Positions 51,693 through 60,318 of a stretch of DNA of 64,000 bases are shown one piece after another. Below the pieces are notes generated by a model. The model made no database searches. It was not told the origin of the DNA and saw only the letters and a list, made by a program, of their open reading frames with translations. Numbering within the stretch: the stretch's first letter is position 1; every line of letters starts with the position of its first letter. The translations under genes were made by a program, and so were the position numbers. This DNA comes from Vulgatibacter sp. (lineage in GTDB: Bacteria; Myxococcota; Myxococcia; Myxococcales; Vulgatibacteraceae), in the NCBI RefSeq assembly GCF_041687135.1, contig NZ_JAWLCN010000015.1, positions 12,033 to 76,032 of the forward strand, written 5' to 3'.

Positions 51693-52628
51693 TCAGGCCT
51701 TCACGTGGAGGCGGCCGTGCCGCGCTGGGGAGGAGGATGGTGGCGGAGGAGCGGGTGGCTCGCGGTGGAGGGGACCCTCGCCGCTCGACGGCGGGTCGCG
51801 CTCGTGCTGCGGGGCGGCGCCACCGCCGGAGCCCGATCCGGATCGGGGATCGCTCCCCGTCTCGAGGGTACCGAGCCGGAGGCCTTCGGCGGCGAGGGCC
51901 ACGCGGAGGTCGCCGCTGTGGGTGGCGAGGAGGTGCGCCGCGGGACCGGCTGCGCGGAGATCGGCGGCGCCGTCGCGCACCTCGATCCGCACCGAGAGCG
52001 CGCCGCTCTCACCGGTATCGAGGTGGAGACGGGTGCCGGCTTCGCCCAGGACGAGGAGGCCGGATCCTTCGGGCTGCTGCGGCGGCGGGAGAGGTGCGGT
52101 GAAGCGCACCTGCTGCGGGGCTGCGGGCTCGGAAGCGGTGGGGGCGGCGGCGAGACGGAGATCGAGCGCCGGCGCCCGCTCCTCCACGGCCGGGGGGGCC
52201 GGTTCCTCTGGTGGTGGCGGGGCGACGACGGACTCGTGGGACTGTCGTGGGGGCGGCACGTCGAGCGCCCGGGCCATCCTCTCGAGTCGCGCGCCGACGT
52301 GGCGCTGGACGGTTGCGGGAAGCGGCGCTGCTGGAGGCTGCGGGGCGCGCACCTGCGCCGGCTGGGGCGAGCCTGCAACGATGGCCTCGATGGCCGCGGG
52401 CACGACCTGCACCACGGCGCCTGCCGCCATGGCGAACGGGGGGAAGGCGGGCGCCTCGGGCGCCTCGCATTCCCGAGCGCCGCTGCGGGGACGCGACGCG
52501 GCGGGCGCTACGCCGGCGGTCTCGAGGCGTGCCGGCGTGGCGGCCTCCTCGACGGCGAAGGGCGCGCATCCCGGGCGATCGGCCACCAACGCGGCGAGGC
52601 ACGGCAACCTGGCCTGCACGATCTTCAC
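51693..52628 (-). CDS. fliK: flagellar hook-length control protein FliK-like
   Basis: It is Pro/Ala-rich with a disordered body. The C-terminal Flg_hook-like domain is LHLDTGESGALSVRIEVRDGAADLRAAGPAAHLLATHSGDLRVALAAEGLRLGTLE. The start is uncertain. Confidence 0.65.
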   Translation of the reverse strand: MKIVQARLPCLAALVADRPGCAPFAVEEAATPARLETAGVAPAASRPRSGARECEAPEAPAFPPFAMAAGAVVQVVPAAIEAIVAGSPQPAQVRAPQPPAAPLPATVQRHVGARLERMARALDVPPPRQSHESVVAPPPPEEPAPPAVEERAPALDLRLAAAPTASEPAAPQQVRFTAPLPPPQQPEGSGLLVLGEAGTRLHLDTGESGALSVRIEVRDGAADLRAAGPAAHLLATHSGDLRVALAAEGLRLGTLETGSDPRSGSGSGGGAAPQHERDPPSSGEGPLHREPPAPPPPSSSPARHGRLHVKA

Positions 52629-53293
52629 TTCGAAACCTCCGCCGCCGGCACCGGCACCGGCAGCTGCGCCAGCGCGGCGAGCAGTTGTGCCGCCTGCGCA
52701 GGTTCCATCCGTCCGAGCACGCCACCGGCGTCCGCCGGTCGCATCCTGGCGAGGACCCGCACCGCAAGCGCGCTCTCCAGGCGTGCCAGCACCAGCGCCG
52801 CCTGCTCGGCGCGCATGCCCCGGACCGCTCGGGCCAGAAGCTCGATCCGCTCCTCCGGGGGCGGCTCGCCGCTGCTGGCTGGCGCGGTTGCCGGGCGCGT
52901 TTCCTGCTGGCCCGCCTGCAGGCGCGCCTCGAGACGGGCGGTCTCCTCGCGAAGTGCCTTGCGAGCGGTTTCGATCTCCGTTGCGAGCTTCTGGAGGCGC
53001 ACCCGCTCCGAGGCAAGGGCGGCCCGCTCCCGCTGCAGCGCCTTCCGCGCCTCATCTTGCCGGCGCGTCGCGGCGCGCAGCTCGTCGCGCAGGCTCGGCT
53101 CGCCTGCTGGCGTCGCCGGCGGTGCCTGCACCTCGGACCTCGGCGACGCAGCCCCGGGCCCTGGCGGCGCAACCGCTGGCTCGGGCGTCACGGGGGCGGT
53201 GGGCGGGCTGGGTGCCACCGGCGAAGCGGGGGGGGCCGCCAGGCCAACGACAGGCTGCAGCAGAACCGACGCCAGGAGGATCGCCTCAAGCAC
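52625..53293 (-). CDS. MotE/YlxF-like flagellar protein (N-terminal TM, coiled coil, MgtE-N-like C-terminus)
   Basis: This is the tail of track ORF 52625..53419, starting at GTG 53293. The C-terminus is MRAEQAALVLARLESALAVRVLARMRPADAGGVLGRMEPAQAAQLL. It sits in the position of B. subtilis ylxF, between fliI/J and fliK. Confidence 0.6.
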   Translation of the reverse strand: MLEAILLASVLLQPVVGLAAPPASPVAPSPPTAPVTPEPAVAPPGPGAASPRSEVQAPPATPAGEPSLRDELRAATRRQDEARKALQRERAALASERVRLQKLATEIETARKALREETARLEARLQAGQQETRPATAPASSGEPPPEERIELLARAVRGMRAEQAALVLARLESALAVRVLARMRPADAGGVLGRMEPAQAAQLLAALAQLPVPVPAAEVSK

Positions 53294-54608
53294 GATCGCC
53301 CTCCACCACGCGAGCGAGTTGCGCCAGCGCCTGCGCAGGCGGTGTCGCCTCGTCGGGCGCCTGGCGCAGAAAGGCCCGCAACGGCCCGATCCGCTCGATC
53401 GCCCGGTCCACCGCTGCATTGGAGCCCGCCACGTATGCCCCCACGTCGATCAGGTCGGCGGCTTCCGCATGGTTTGCGAGGATCCGCCGGGCCGCAGCCG
53501 CCGCAGCGAGGTGGGGCGCGGGGACCACGTCGCTCATCACCCGGCTCACGCTGGCCAGCGGATCGATCGCGGGGAAATGGCCTGCGCCCGCGAGCTTGCG
53601 GGAGAGCGCCAGGTGCCCGTCGAGGATGGAACGCGCAGCATCGACCACGGGGTCGGCGAGATCGTCACCCTCCGCGAGGACGGTGTAGAGACCGGTGATG
53701 CTACCCGTGCCGCGGTCGTTCCCGGCGCGCTCGAGGATTGCCGGCAGCAGCGCGAAGACCGAGGGCGGATAGCCCTTCGTGGTGGGTGGCTCACCTGCCG
53801 CAAGGCCGATCTCCCGCTGCGCCATCGCCACGCGGGTGAGGGAGTCCAGGAGGAGCAGCACCTTCCTGCCCCTGCTGCGGAAATGCTCCGCCACCGCAGT
53901 GGCGGACATGGCGGCGCGGACGCGGACGAGGGGCGCCTCGTCGCTGGTGGCCACCACGACCACCGCCCGGGCGAGGCCCTCGGCGCCGAGATCGCGCTCC
54001 ACGAACTCGCGCACCTCGCGCCCGCGCTCGCCGACCAGACCCACCACGATCACGTCGGCGGCGCTGCTGCGGGCGAGCATGCCGAGGAGCACGCTCTTGC
54101 CTACGCCGGCTCCGGCGAGGATCCCCATCCGCTGTCCCTCGCCGAGGGTGAGGAGCCCGTCGATGGCGCGGACGCCGGTGGGCAGCGGGGCTGCGATGCG
54201 CCGGCGCTCCATCGCCGCTGGAGGCGCCGCGTGGATCGGGACGCGCGCGCGGAGAAGCGGCACCGGGCCCCCGTCCAGCGGCCGCATCGCCGCATCGACG
54301 ACCCGCCCCAGCAGCCCATCGCCCACCGGGAGGTCGGCGGCCCTGCTGCGCGGCACCACGGCGCAGCCCTCGCAGATCCCCTGCATGGCCCCCAGGGGCA
54401 TGAGCAGCGCCGTGCCGCCGGCGAAGCCGACCACCTCTGCAGCCACCGTTCTCCCCTCCGTCCGGATCTCGCAGGCGGTTCCCACCGCGACCCGGGGCAG
54501 CGAGGCCTCGATGAGGAGCCCCGTGGCGCGGCGTACCTTGCCCTCGACGGGAAGGGGCTCCGTCTCCGCGAGGGCCTGCGCGAGCCGTCCGAGATCCAGG
54601 AGGCTCAT
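53286..54608 (-). CDS. fliI: flagellum-specific ATPase FliI
   Basis: The start is moved to ATG 54608, which overlaps the fliH TGA. Walker A is GAGVGKSVLLGM. Walker B is VLLLLDSLTR. It has an F1-beta-like fold pattern. Confidence 0.95.
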   Translation of the reverse strand: MSLLDLGRLAQALAETEPLPVEGKVRRATGLLIEASLPRVAVGTACEIRTEGRTVAAEVVGFAGGTALLMPLGAMQGICEGCAVVPRSRAADLPVGDGLLGRVVDAAMRPLDGGPVPLLRARVPIHAAPPAAMERRRIAAPLPTGVRAIDGLLTLGEGQRMGILAGAGVGKSVLLGMLARSSAADVIVVGLVGERGREVREFVERDLGAEGLARAVVVVATSDEAPLVRVRAAMSATAVAEHFRSRGRKVLLLLDSLTRVAMAQREIGLAAGEPPTTKGYPPSVFALLPAILERAGNDRGTGSITGLYTVLAEGDDLADPVVDAARSILDGHLALSRKLAGAGHFPAIDPLASVSRVMSDVVPAPHLAAAAAARRILANHAEAADLIDVGAYVAGSNAAVDRAIERIGPLRAFLRQAPDEATPPAQALAQLARVVEGDRA

Positions 54609-55237
54609 CCCTCCTCCTCGAGGAGGGCCTGCTCCGCGCTGCGCCGCAACTCCGCGAGGCGGGTGGAGAGCCTGCCGTCGACCTGGGCGACGCCGGTGTC
54701 GACGACGCAATCGCCTCGCTGCAGCGACGAGTCTGGCTCGAGGCGCAGCTGCGCCACCGACAGGCCCGCCTGCGTGCCGGCTGCTTCGACCGCCGCGAGA
54801 TCCGTGGGGTGGAGGCGCAGGGTCAGGGAGCGGCTCTCACCAGCGCGCCGGATGGCGGAACGGATCAGGGCGAAGAGAGGCTCGGGACTGGTGGCGAGCT
54901 CGCGCTCGAGCACGCGGCGCGCTACCTGGAAGCCGATCTCCAGGGCGTCGGACCGTGCCTGCGCCGCAAGCCAATCGCCCTGCTGGCGAAGCGCGGCGAT
55001 CGCCGCCTCGTAGCGGGCGATCAGCTCTGCCGGCGGATCCGGGGGCGCCGGGGGCGCAGGAGGCGGAGCCACGGGCTCCGCTGGCGGCGCAGGAGCTGGT
55101 GCGGGCACCGAGAGCGCTGCCTCCGCCTCCGCCTCCTCCTCCTCGGCGAGGAAGGGCGGGGTCTGCGCGGAACGAGGCGAGACGCCGCGGAGGAAGCCGG
55201 GAGGGCGGAGCTGGTTTCGAACGGCGGCATGCGACAC
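54605..55237 (-). CDS. fliH: flagellar export regulator FliH
   Basis: 210 aa in the fliG-fliH-fliI position. It has an acidic/Pro-rich N-terminus. The C-terminal domain is LRLHPTDLAAVE...GDCVVDTGVAQVDGRLSTRLAEL. Confidence 0.75.
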   Translation of the reverse strand: MSHAAVRNQLRPPGFLRGVSPRSAQTPPFLAEEEEAEAEAALSVPAPAPAPPAEPVAPPPAPPAPPDPPAELIARYEAAIAALRQQGDWLAAQARSDALEIGFQVARRVLERELATSPEPLFALIRSAIRRAGESRSLTLRLHPTDLAAVEAAGTQAGLSVAQLRLEPDSSLQRGDCVVDTGVAQVDGRLSTRLAELRRSAEQALLEEEG

Positions 55238-55247
55238 GACGCGGCTC

Positions 55248-56258
55248 CTAGATCAGCTTGTCCGCTGGGGAAACGAGGGTGATGCGGCCGGTGCCGGCGA
55301 GCTCGAGGGCCGCTGCGACCAGCTCGGCCTGGGCCGCCTCGACCAGCGCGACGCGAACCGGCCCCATCGCCTCGAGGTCCTCCCGGACCGCCTCCGCGGC
55401 CCGACTCGACATATTCCGCAGCACCTTCTCCCGAAGCTCCGTGGTGGCCCCCTTGAGCGCGACGGCGAGCCTGCCCGCGTCGATCTCCTTGAGCAGCTGC
55501 TGGATGTCGCGATCGCCCAGGCTGGAGAGATCCTCGAAGGTAAAGAGGCGGGTTCGAAGATCCGCTGCAAGCGCCGGATCGCTCTCCTCGATTGCCGCGA
55601 CCACCTCGGCCTGCCGATCGGCGGAGGTGCGGCGCAGGATCTCGAGCGCTGCGGCCTTGCCATCCACCTTGCGCATCCCGCCGGCGACGATCGCCTGCAG
55701 CTCGGAGGCGAGAGCGCGTCCCACCTCGCGCAGCAGTTCGGGCGCCACCGATTCCACCACCGCCATGCGCCGCACGATCTCGCCGCGGCGCTCCTGCGGC
55801 ACGTGCTCCATCACGGCCACGGCGCGCTCCGCATCGATCGCGGATAGCACGAGCGCGACGGTCTGCGGCTGCTCACGGGCGAGGACCATGGCCAGCGCCT
55901 CGGGGTCGGCGTGGACGATGGGGCCCAGCACCTCCTCCGGCTCCCGGGGCACGGCCCCCGGCTCGAAGGCACGGCGGGCGCGCTCCGGCCCAAGCGCCCG
56001 GGCGGCGAAGTCCCGAAGCAGCTCGTCGCCTGCCAGCGCCTCGCCGCTCGGGCCCTCCATCAACTCGACGAAGGTGCGCAGCGCGCCGCTCTGCTCGCCG
56101 TTCGGCGCACGCCGGAGATCGCGCGCCCCCCGGGCCAGCTCGCGGACGTCGGCTTCGCCGAGGAGCTGGAAGACCTCGCTCGCCACCTCGGGGCCGAGAC
56201 CGAGGAGGACCGAAGCGGCGCGGCGCGCGCCGGCGCCTGCTGCAAGGGGATCAGCCAT
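55248..56258 (-). CDS. fliG: flagellar rotor protein FliG
   Basis: The start is moved to ATG 56258. Matching segments are AASVLLGLGPEVASEVFQLLGEADVRELA, EDLSSLGDRDIQQLLKEIDAGRLAVALKGATTELREKVLRNMSSRAAEAVREDLE and MGPVR. Confidence 0.93.
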   Translation of the reverse strand: MADPLAAGAGARRAASVLLGLGPEVASEVFQLLGEADVRELARGARDLRRAPNGEQSGALRTFVELMEGPSGEALAGDELLRDFAARALGPERARRAFEPGAVPREPEEVLGPIVHADPEALAMVLAREQPQTVALVLSAIDAERAVAVMEHVPQERRGEIVRRMAVVESVAPELLREVGRALASELQAIVAGGMRKVDGKAAALEILRRTSADRQAEVVAAIEESDPALAADLRTRLFTFEDLSSLGDRDIQQLLKEIDAGRLAVALKGATTELREKVLRNMSSRAAEAVREDLEAMGPVRVALVEAAQAELVAAALELAGTGRITLVSPADKLI

Positions 56259-57828
56259 TCTTCTCTCCCTCTGGCGCTGCATCGGCGGCGAGCCAGGCCC
56301 GGATCAGATACGCGGCGCGCGCCGGGTCGCGGCTGGCGAGTTCGCGGGCCCGCTCCCGCACCGCAGCCTCGGGGTCGGCGAGGGCGGGGCGTCGCGGGGC
56401 TTCGAGGCCCTGCGCCTGCTCCCCTTCGATCTCCGCGACGGTCGCGCCCGTGCGGAGCACCGGCTGCGCCGGCTGGGCCTGGCGGCGTCCGCGCAGGGCG
56501 AGAACGGTGAGCATGGGCAGGGCGAGCAGCGCCGCAGCTCCAGCCCCCCAGGCCCAGGGCGGAAGCGGCGAGGCCGCCGCCACTGCAGGCGCCGCCTCGT
56601 CGACCGCATCCGCCGACCTGCCGAAGACCACGCTGCTGATCTCGAAGTCGTCGCCCCGGGCCGCGTCGAAACCCACCGCCCGCTTCGCCAGCTCGCCCAG
56701 GCGCGCCAGCTCGGCGTCGGAGCGGGGGGCGCCGTCGGCGCCGTCGACGAGGATCGCCAGGGAGAGCCGCTCGAGCCGCGGGCCCTTCGCGACGGTCTGG
56801 GTGGTCGTCTGGCTGATCTCGAAGTTCCGGATTTCGTCTTCCGAGTCGGAGCTGCTCCGCTGGCCGCTCGCGACCGTCGCCGCCGCTGCCAGGGGATCGT
56901 TCGCCGCGGCGCCGGCTACGCCGCCCCCGTCCCTGCTCCCTGCGTCACGGCGCTGCACCGTCCGGCGCTCGCTGCGCAGGGTCGCGGTGTCGGGGTCGTA
57001 GACGACGCGGCGGGTGTTCACCTCGCTGCTGTCCATCGTCACGTTGACCCGGGCGACCACTGCGCCGGCGCCGACGGCAGGCTCGAGGAGCCCGACCACG
57101 CGGCTCTCGAGCTCCTGCTCGAGGCGGCGCTGGCCGCTCGAGACCACCGCTGCGGCGTCGTCCGCCGCGGAGAGCACCAGTCCCGTCCCGTCGACGACCG
57201 TGACGTTGGCGGCGAGTAGTCCGGGGACCGCGGCGGCGACCAGATGCTGCACGCCGGCGATCTCCCGCTCCCCGAGGATGCGCCCGGCGCGGAGGTTGAG
57301 GACCACCGACGCCGTCGCGGCCCGATCCTCGTCGCGGTAGAGGCCGCGCTCGGCGAGGGTCAGGTGCACGCGGGCCGAACGCACGGCGGCGAGGCTTCCG
57401 ATGGTGCGCGCCAGCTCCCCCTCGATCGCCCGGCGCAAGTTCACCCGCTGGGTGAACTCGGAGATCCCGAGGTCGCCCCGGTCGAAGAGCTCGAAGCCGA
57501 CGCCGCCGCCCCGGGGAAGCCCCGCTGCGGCGAGGAGCAGCCGGACGTCGTAGACCTTTGCCGCGGGAACCGAGAGGGCGGTGCCGTCTGCCTCCAGTCG
57601 AAACGGGATCCCCGCTGCCTGGAGCTGCGCCGTCACCTCGGCGCCGTCCTCCGGCGCGAGGTTGGTGAAGGCATAGCGGAAGTCGTCGCCGCCGCTCTGC
57701 GCGACGGCAACGCCGATCGCCACTGCTGCGGCGAGGCCGAGGGCGCCGAGGAGCAGGAGACGGGTGGGACCGGGGAGCGTCCGGAGGCGGGCGGGCAGCG
57801 CCCGCAGCTGGCGAAGGAGGGCTTCCAT
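56251..57828 (-). CDS. fliF: flagellar MS-ring protein FliF
   Basis: 525 aa. Matching segments are YAFTNLAPEDGAEVTAQLQAAGIPFRL, GFELFDRGDLGISEFTQRVNLRRAIEGELARTI and SVVLNL. A second TM lies near the C-terminus. Confidence 0.93.
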   Translation of the reverse strand: MEALLRQLRALPARLRTLPGPTRLLLLGALGLAAAVAIGVAVAQSGGDDFRYAFTNLAPEDGAEVTAQLQAAGIPFRLEADGTALSVPAAKVYDVRLLLAAAGLPRGGGVGFELFDRGDLGISEFTQRVNLRRAIEGELARTIGSLAAVRSARVHLTLAERGLYRDEDRAATASVVLNLRAGRILGEREIAGVQHLVAAAVPGLLAANVTVVDGTGLVLSAADDAAAVVSSGQRRLEQELESRVVGLLEPAVGAGAVVARVNVTMDSSEVNTRRVVYDPDTATLRSERRTVQRRDAGSRDGGGVAGAAANDPLAAAATVASGQRSSSDSEDEIRNFEISQTTTQTVAKGPRLERLSLAILVDGADGAPRSDAELARLGELAKRAVGFDAARGDDFEISSVVFGRSADAVDEAAPAVAAASPLPPWAWGAGAAALLALPMLTVLALRGRRQAQPAQPVLRTGATVAEIEGEQAQGLEAPRRPALADPEAAVRERARELASRDPARAAYLIRAWLAADAAPEGEKNG

Positions 57829-57835
57829 GCTTTCG

Positions 57836-58117
57836 TTACAGGCTCATCCGCATGACTTCCTGGTACGCCTCGACCACCTTGTTGCGCGCCTTGACGGCGA
57901 CGCGCATGGCGATGTCCGCCTTCTCGAGGGCGAGTGCGGTCTCGTGGAGGTTGCCACCCCCGGCGGCGAGGGCCGCGGCTGCGGTGTCCGCCTGCCGCTG
58001 CGATGCATCGAGCGACGAGAGGGCCTGCGCCAGCTCGTTGCCGAAACCGGCGCCCCCCTCCGTGGGCCGGGCGACCGCGACGGCGCTTCCCGGTTCGATT
58101 GGTCCGATCGGTCCCAT
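57836..58117 (-). CDS. fliE: flagellar hook-basal body protein FliE
   Basis: This is the tail of track ORF 57836..58639, starting at ATG 58117. The sequence contains FGNELAQALSSLDASQRQADTAAAALAAGGGNLHETALALEKADIAMRVAVKARNKVVEAYQEVMRM. Confidence 0.9.
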   Translation of the reverse strand: MGPIGPIEPGSAVAVARPTEGGAGFGNELAQALSSLDASQRQADTAAAALAAGGGNLHETALALEKADIAMRVAVKARNKVVEAYQEVMRMSL

Positions 58118-58119
58118 GG

Positions 58120-58542
58120 CTACCTCACGATCTCCAGCGCGCGCTGCGCCATCGTCTTGAGCGTCTCGACCGCCGTGGCGTTCGCTTCGTAGGAACGCGA
58201 TGCCGACATGAGATTGACGACCTCGTGAATGGGGTCGACGTCGGGAAGCGTCACGAAACCGTCGGCATTCGCGTCGGGGTGGCCCGGCTGGAAGACCTTC
58301 CTGCCGGGACCGGGATCCGCCACCACCGACGCCACCTGCACGCCGGCTGCGCCGGCGCCTGCCGCATCGAGCTGGCTCTCGAAGGGGACCGCCTCGAGGA
58401 CGGGATCCAGCCTGCGGTAGGGCGTGCCGTCGGGGCCGCGGGTGGACTGGGCGTTCGCCAGGTTGGAGGTGGCGAGGTCGACGCGGGTGCGCTGCGCCGA
58501 AAGGCCGGAAGCGCTGATCTGCAGGGCAGTGAAGAAGTTCAT
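58120..58542 (-). CDS. flgC: flagellar proximal rod protein FlgC
   Basis: MNFFTALQISASGLSAQRTRVDLATSNLANAQSTR ... NLMSASRSYEANATAVETLKTM. Confidence 0.95.
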   Translation of the reverse strand: MNFFTALQISASGLSAQRTRVDLATSNLANAQSTRGPDGTPYRRLDPVLEAVPFESQLDAAGAGAAGVQVASVVADPGPGRKVFQPGHPDANADGFVTLPDVDPIHEVVNLMSASRSYEANATAVETLKTMAQRALEIVR

Positions 58543-58553
58543 CGTTCGTCCGA

Positions 58554-58958
58554 TCAGGCTGCGCCGTCCGAGGCGACGTAGCGGAGGATGGCCAGCTTGC
58601 GGGCTGCGGTCTTGGCTGCTGCCCCGTACTGCAGGCCATTCTCCGCGAGGGCGGCGAGGGTGCGGTCGGTGTCGACGGAATTGCCGTCGTGGCCAGGAGA
58701 TCCGCCGGCCGCCAGCACGGCAGCGCTCTCGACCGTACCGCCTCCCGCGGTTGCCAGCGGGATGTGGCCCTCCGATGGCAGCGGTGCGGACGCGGGAGAC
58801 GCCACTGCCGCTGCCATCGCCCGGGCGAAGTCGAGGTCCTGCGCCACGTAGCCGGGCGTGTCGGCGTTGGCGAGGTTTCCCGCCAGCACGTTGTGCCGGA
58901 TCATGCGTACGTCGAGGGCGCTCTCGAGCTGTGCGAGCGTCGGGTCGAAGAGTTTCAC
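58554..58958 (-). CDS. flgB: flagellar proximal rod protein FlgB
   Basis: This is the tail of track ORF 58554..59543. The start is GTG 58958 with an AGGAGGGA RBS. The sequence contains LDVRMIRHNVLAGNLANADTPGY. Confidence 0.9.
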   Translation of the reverse strand: MKLFDPTLAQLESALDVRMIRHNVLAGNLANADTPGYVAQDLDFARAMAAAVASPASAPLPSEGHIPLATAGGGTVESAAVLAAGGSPGHDGNSVDTDRTLAALAENGLQYGAAAKTAARKLAILRYVASDGAA

Positions 58959-60235
58959 GGTGCTCCCTCCTGCTGTCGCCCTGCGGCGGTCTCCCGCGAC
59001 GTCATCGTTTCCGGGGAGCCTTCGCCTTGCGAAGCGCGTGCCTCGCCGCGTGCTCGTGACGCCGCCGTCCGCGCCGCGTCGAGATCGTCGGCGATCGCCG
59101 AGGATCGTTCCGTCGGCGCAGAGGGAGCCGGCGGCAGCGGCGGCGCTGCTGCCGCCGGCTCCAGGCCCCGTTCGACGGCGCGCCAGGACGCGGACGCGAG
59201 CAGGGCAGGTGGCAGCCGCCGCCTGGCGAAGGCGAGGATGACTTCGGCGCGCACCAGGTCGTCCGCCTCGAGGAATAGCTCGGCGGCACGGAGGAGGTGC
59301 GCTGGCAGTTCGTCGGCCTCCGCCTCTTCCACCGTGGCCGACAGGGACCTGGCGCCGAAGGCGGGCGCGCCCGTCTCCGCTGCCACCTCCGCGGCAGCGC
59401 GCGCGAGGGCTGCTGCGAGCGGCTTTCCGGCCTCGTCGTCGAGGTCGGCGAAGGCGGCGAGGGCGTCGGCTCGAACCACCGGATCGTCGCTGCGCAGCCC
59501 CTCGAGCACGATGCGCCTGCAGAGAAGAGGTGCATGGGCGCACGCGGCGCCGCTGCCCGGCCCGAGACGCTGGAGTGCACCACCGAGGTCACCGTGGAAG
59601 GCCCGCGCCCTTGCGGCGCGGAGGTCCAGGTCGATCCGCAGCAGCCGGGGGAGGCCGACGCCGTCGAAGATCGCCCTTTCCTGCGTCGTCCCGAAGCAGC
59701 TCCCGGTGACCTCGCAGATCCGGGCGGTAGCCAGCCGTCCCCAGTTTCCGGTGCCGGCAGCCTCCTTCCAGGCCGCGAGGGCGGTGGCCCAGTCCCCGTC
59801 GGCGAGCGCGAGGTCGCCGCGCCGCACTGCCGCCGCCCGTGCTTCGGCCGCGCCTGCCTCCGGCGCGAGGAGCGGCGGGCCGTCCGGGCCCGCGCGCCAG
59901 GGGAGGCCGCGCAGCCTGTGGATCTCGAGGGCGCCGGGGCGCAGGTTCGCCGCGATGCGGCGGCTCACGCAGTGGAGGACGATCGCATCCGCCCGCTCCT
60001 CGAGCCTCGGGCAGGTGGGACCGAGCGCGTCGGCGCGCAGGCCGCGGGCGCCCCGGAGGACGAGGCGGGCGCCGAGCGCGTCGACCTCGAGGGTTGGGGC
60101 ACGGCCGGCGGGCAACGCCACGTACTCCACGCCTGCGGCAGCGAGCAGCCCGGGGGGCGCGGGCGCGGCAACCGCGACGTTCGCGGGAAGAGCGAGCGCG
60201 ATGAGGAGGTGGAGGAGGAGCGGGCGGGTGGACAC
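58955..60235 (-). CDS. hypothetical secreted 426-aa protein, first cistron of the flgB unit
   Basis: The signal peptide is MSTRPLLLHLLIALALPANVAVA-AP. The TGA overlaps the flgB GTG (GTGA). It is Ala/Leu/Arg-rich and helical, with a possibly TPR-like segment (GDWATALAAWKEAAGTGNWGRLATARI). I recognise no flagellar family. Confidence 0.6.
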   Translation of the reverse strand: MSTRPLLLHLLIALALPANVAVAAPAPPGLLAAAGVEYVALPAGRAPTLEVDALGARLVLRGARGLRADALGPTCPRLEERADAIVLHCVSRRIAANLRPGALEIHRLRGLPWRAGPDGPPLLAPEAGAAEARAAAVRRGDLALADGDWATALAAWKEAAGTGNWGRLATARICEVTGSCFGTTQERAIFDGVGLPRLLRIDLDLRAARARAFHGDLGGALQRLGPGSGAACAHAPLLCRRIVLEGLRSDDPVVRADALAAFADLDDEAGKPLAAALARAAAEVAAETGAPAFGARSLSATVEEAEADELPAHLLRAAELFLEADDLVRAEVILAFARRRLPPALLASASWRAVERGLEPAAAAPPLPPAPSAPTERSSAIADDLDAARTAASRARGEARASQGEGSPETMTSRETAAGRQQEGAP

Positions 60236-60246
60236 GCCCCTCTGTC

Positions 60247-60261
60247 CTGCAGCCGACGTGC
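60247..60261 (-). promoter_or_regulatory. candidate sigma-54 promoter upstream of orf426-flgB
   Basis: Minus strand reads cGGCACG tcgg cTGCA (GG-N10-GC). Caveat: the -12 GC lies only about 12 nt from GTG 60235, so the transcript would be essentially leaderless. Confidence 0.45.
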
Positions 60262-60302
60262 CGTCCAGACCGGGTCGAGAAGGCGGCAGCGGCCCTCTGG
60301 GG

Positions 60303-60318
60303 CGTCAAGGTGCTGACG
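60303..60318. promoter_or_regulatory. CGTCA-N6-TGACG palindrome overlapping the activator gene stop codon (candidate enhancer for the flgB-unit promoter)
   Basis: The sequence is CGTCAaggtgcTGACG. Its centre is about 50 nt upstream of the -24 element at 60260-60261. Confidence 0.5.

Noticed and set aside
60251-60262. 12-mer GCCGACGTGCCG shared between 60251-60262 (plus strand) and 27762-27773 (minus strand)
   Set aside because: A single shared GC-rich 12-mer is within chance expectation for this composition. The two copies sit in different functional contexts (sigma-54 versus sigma-28 sites).
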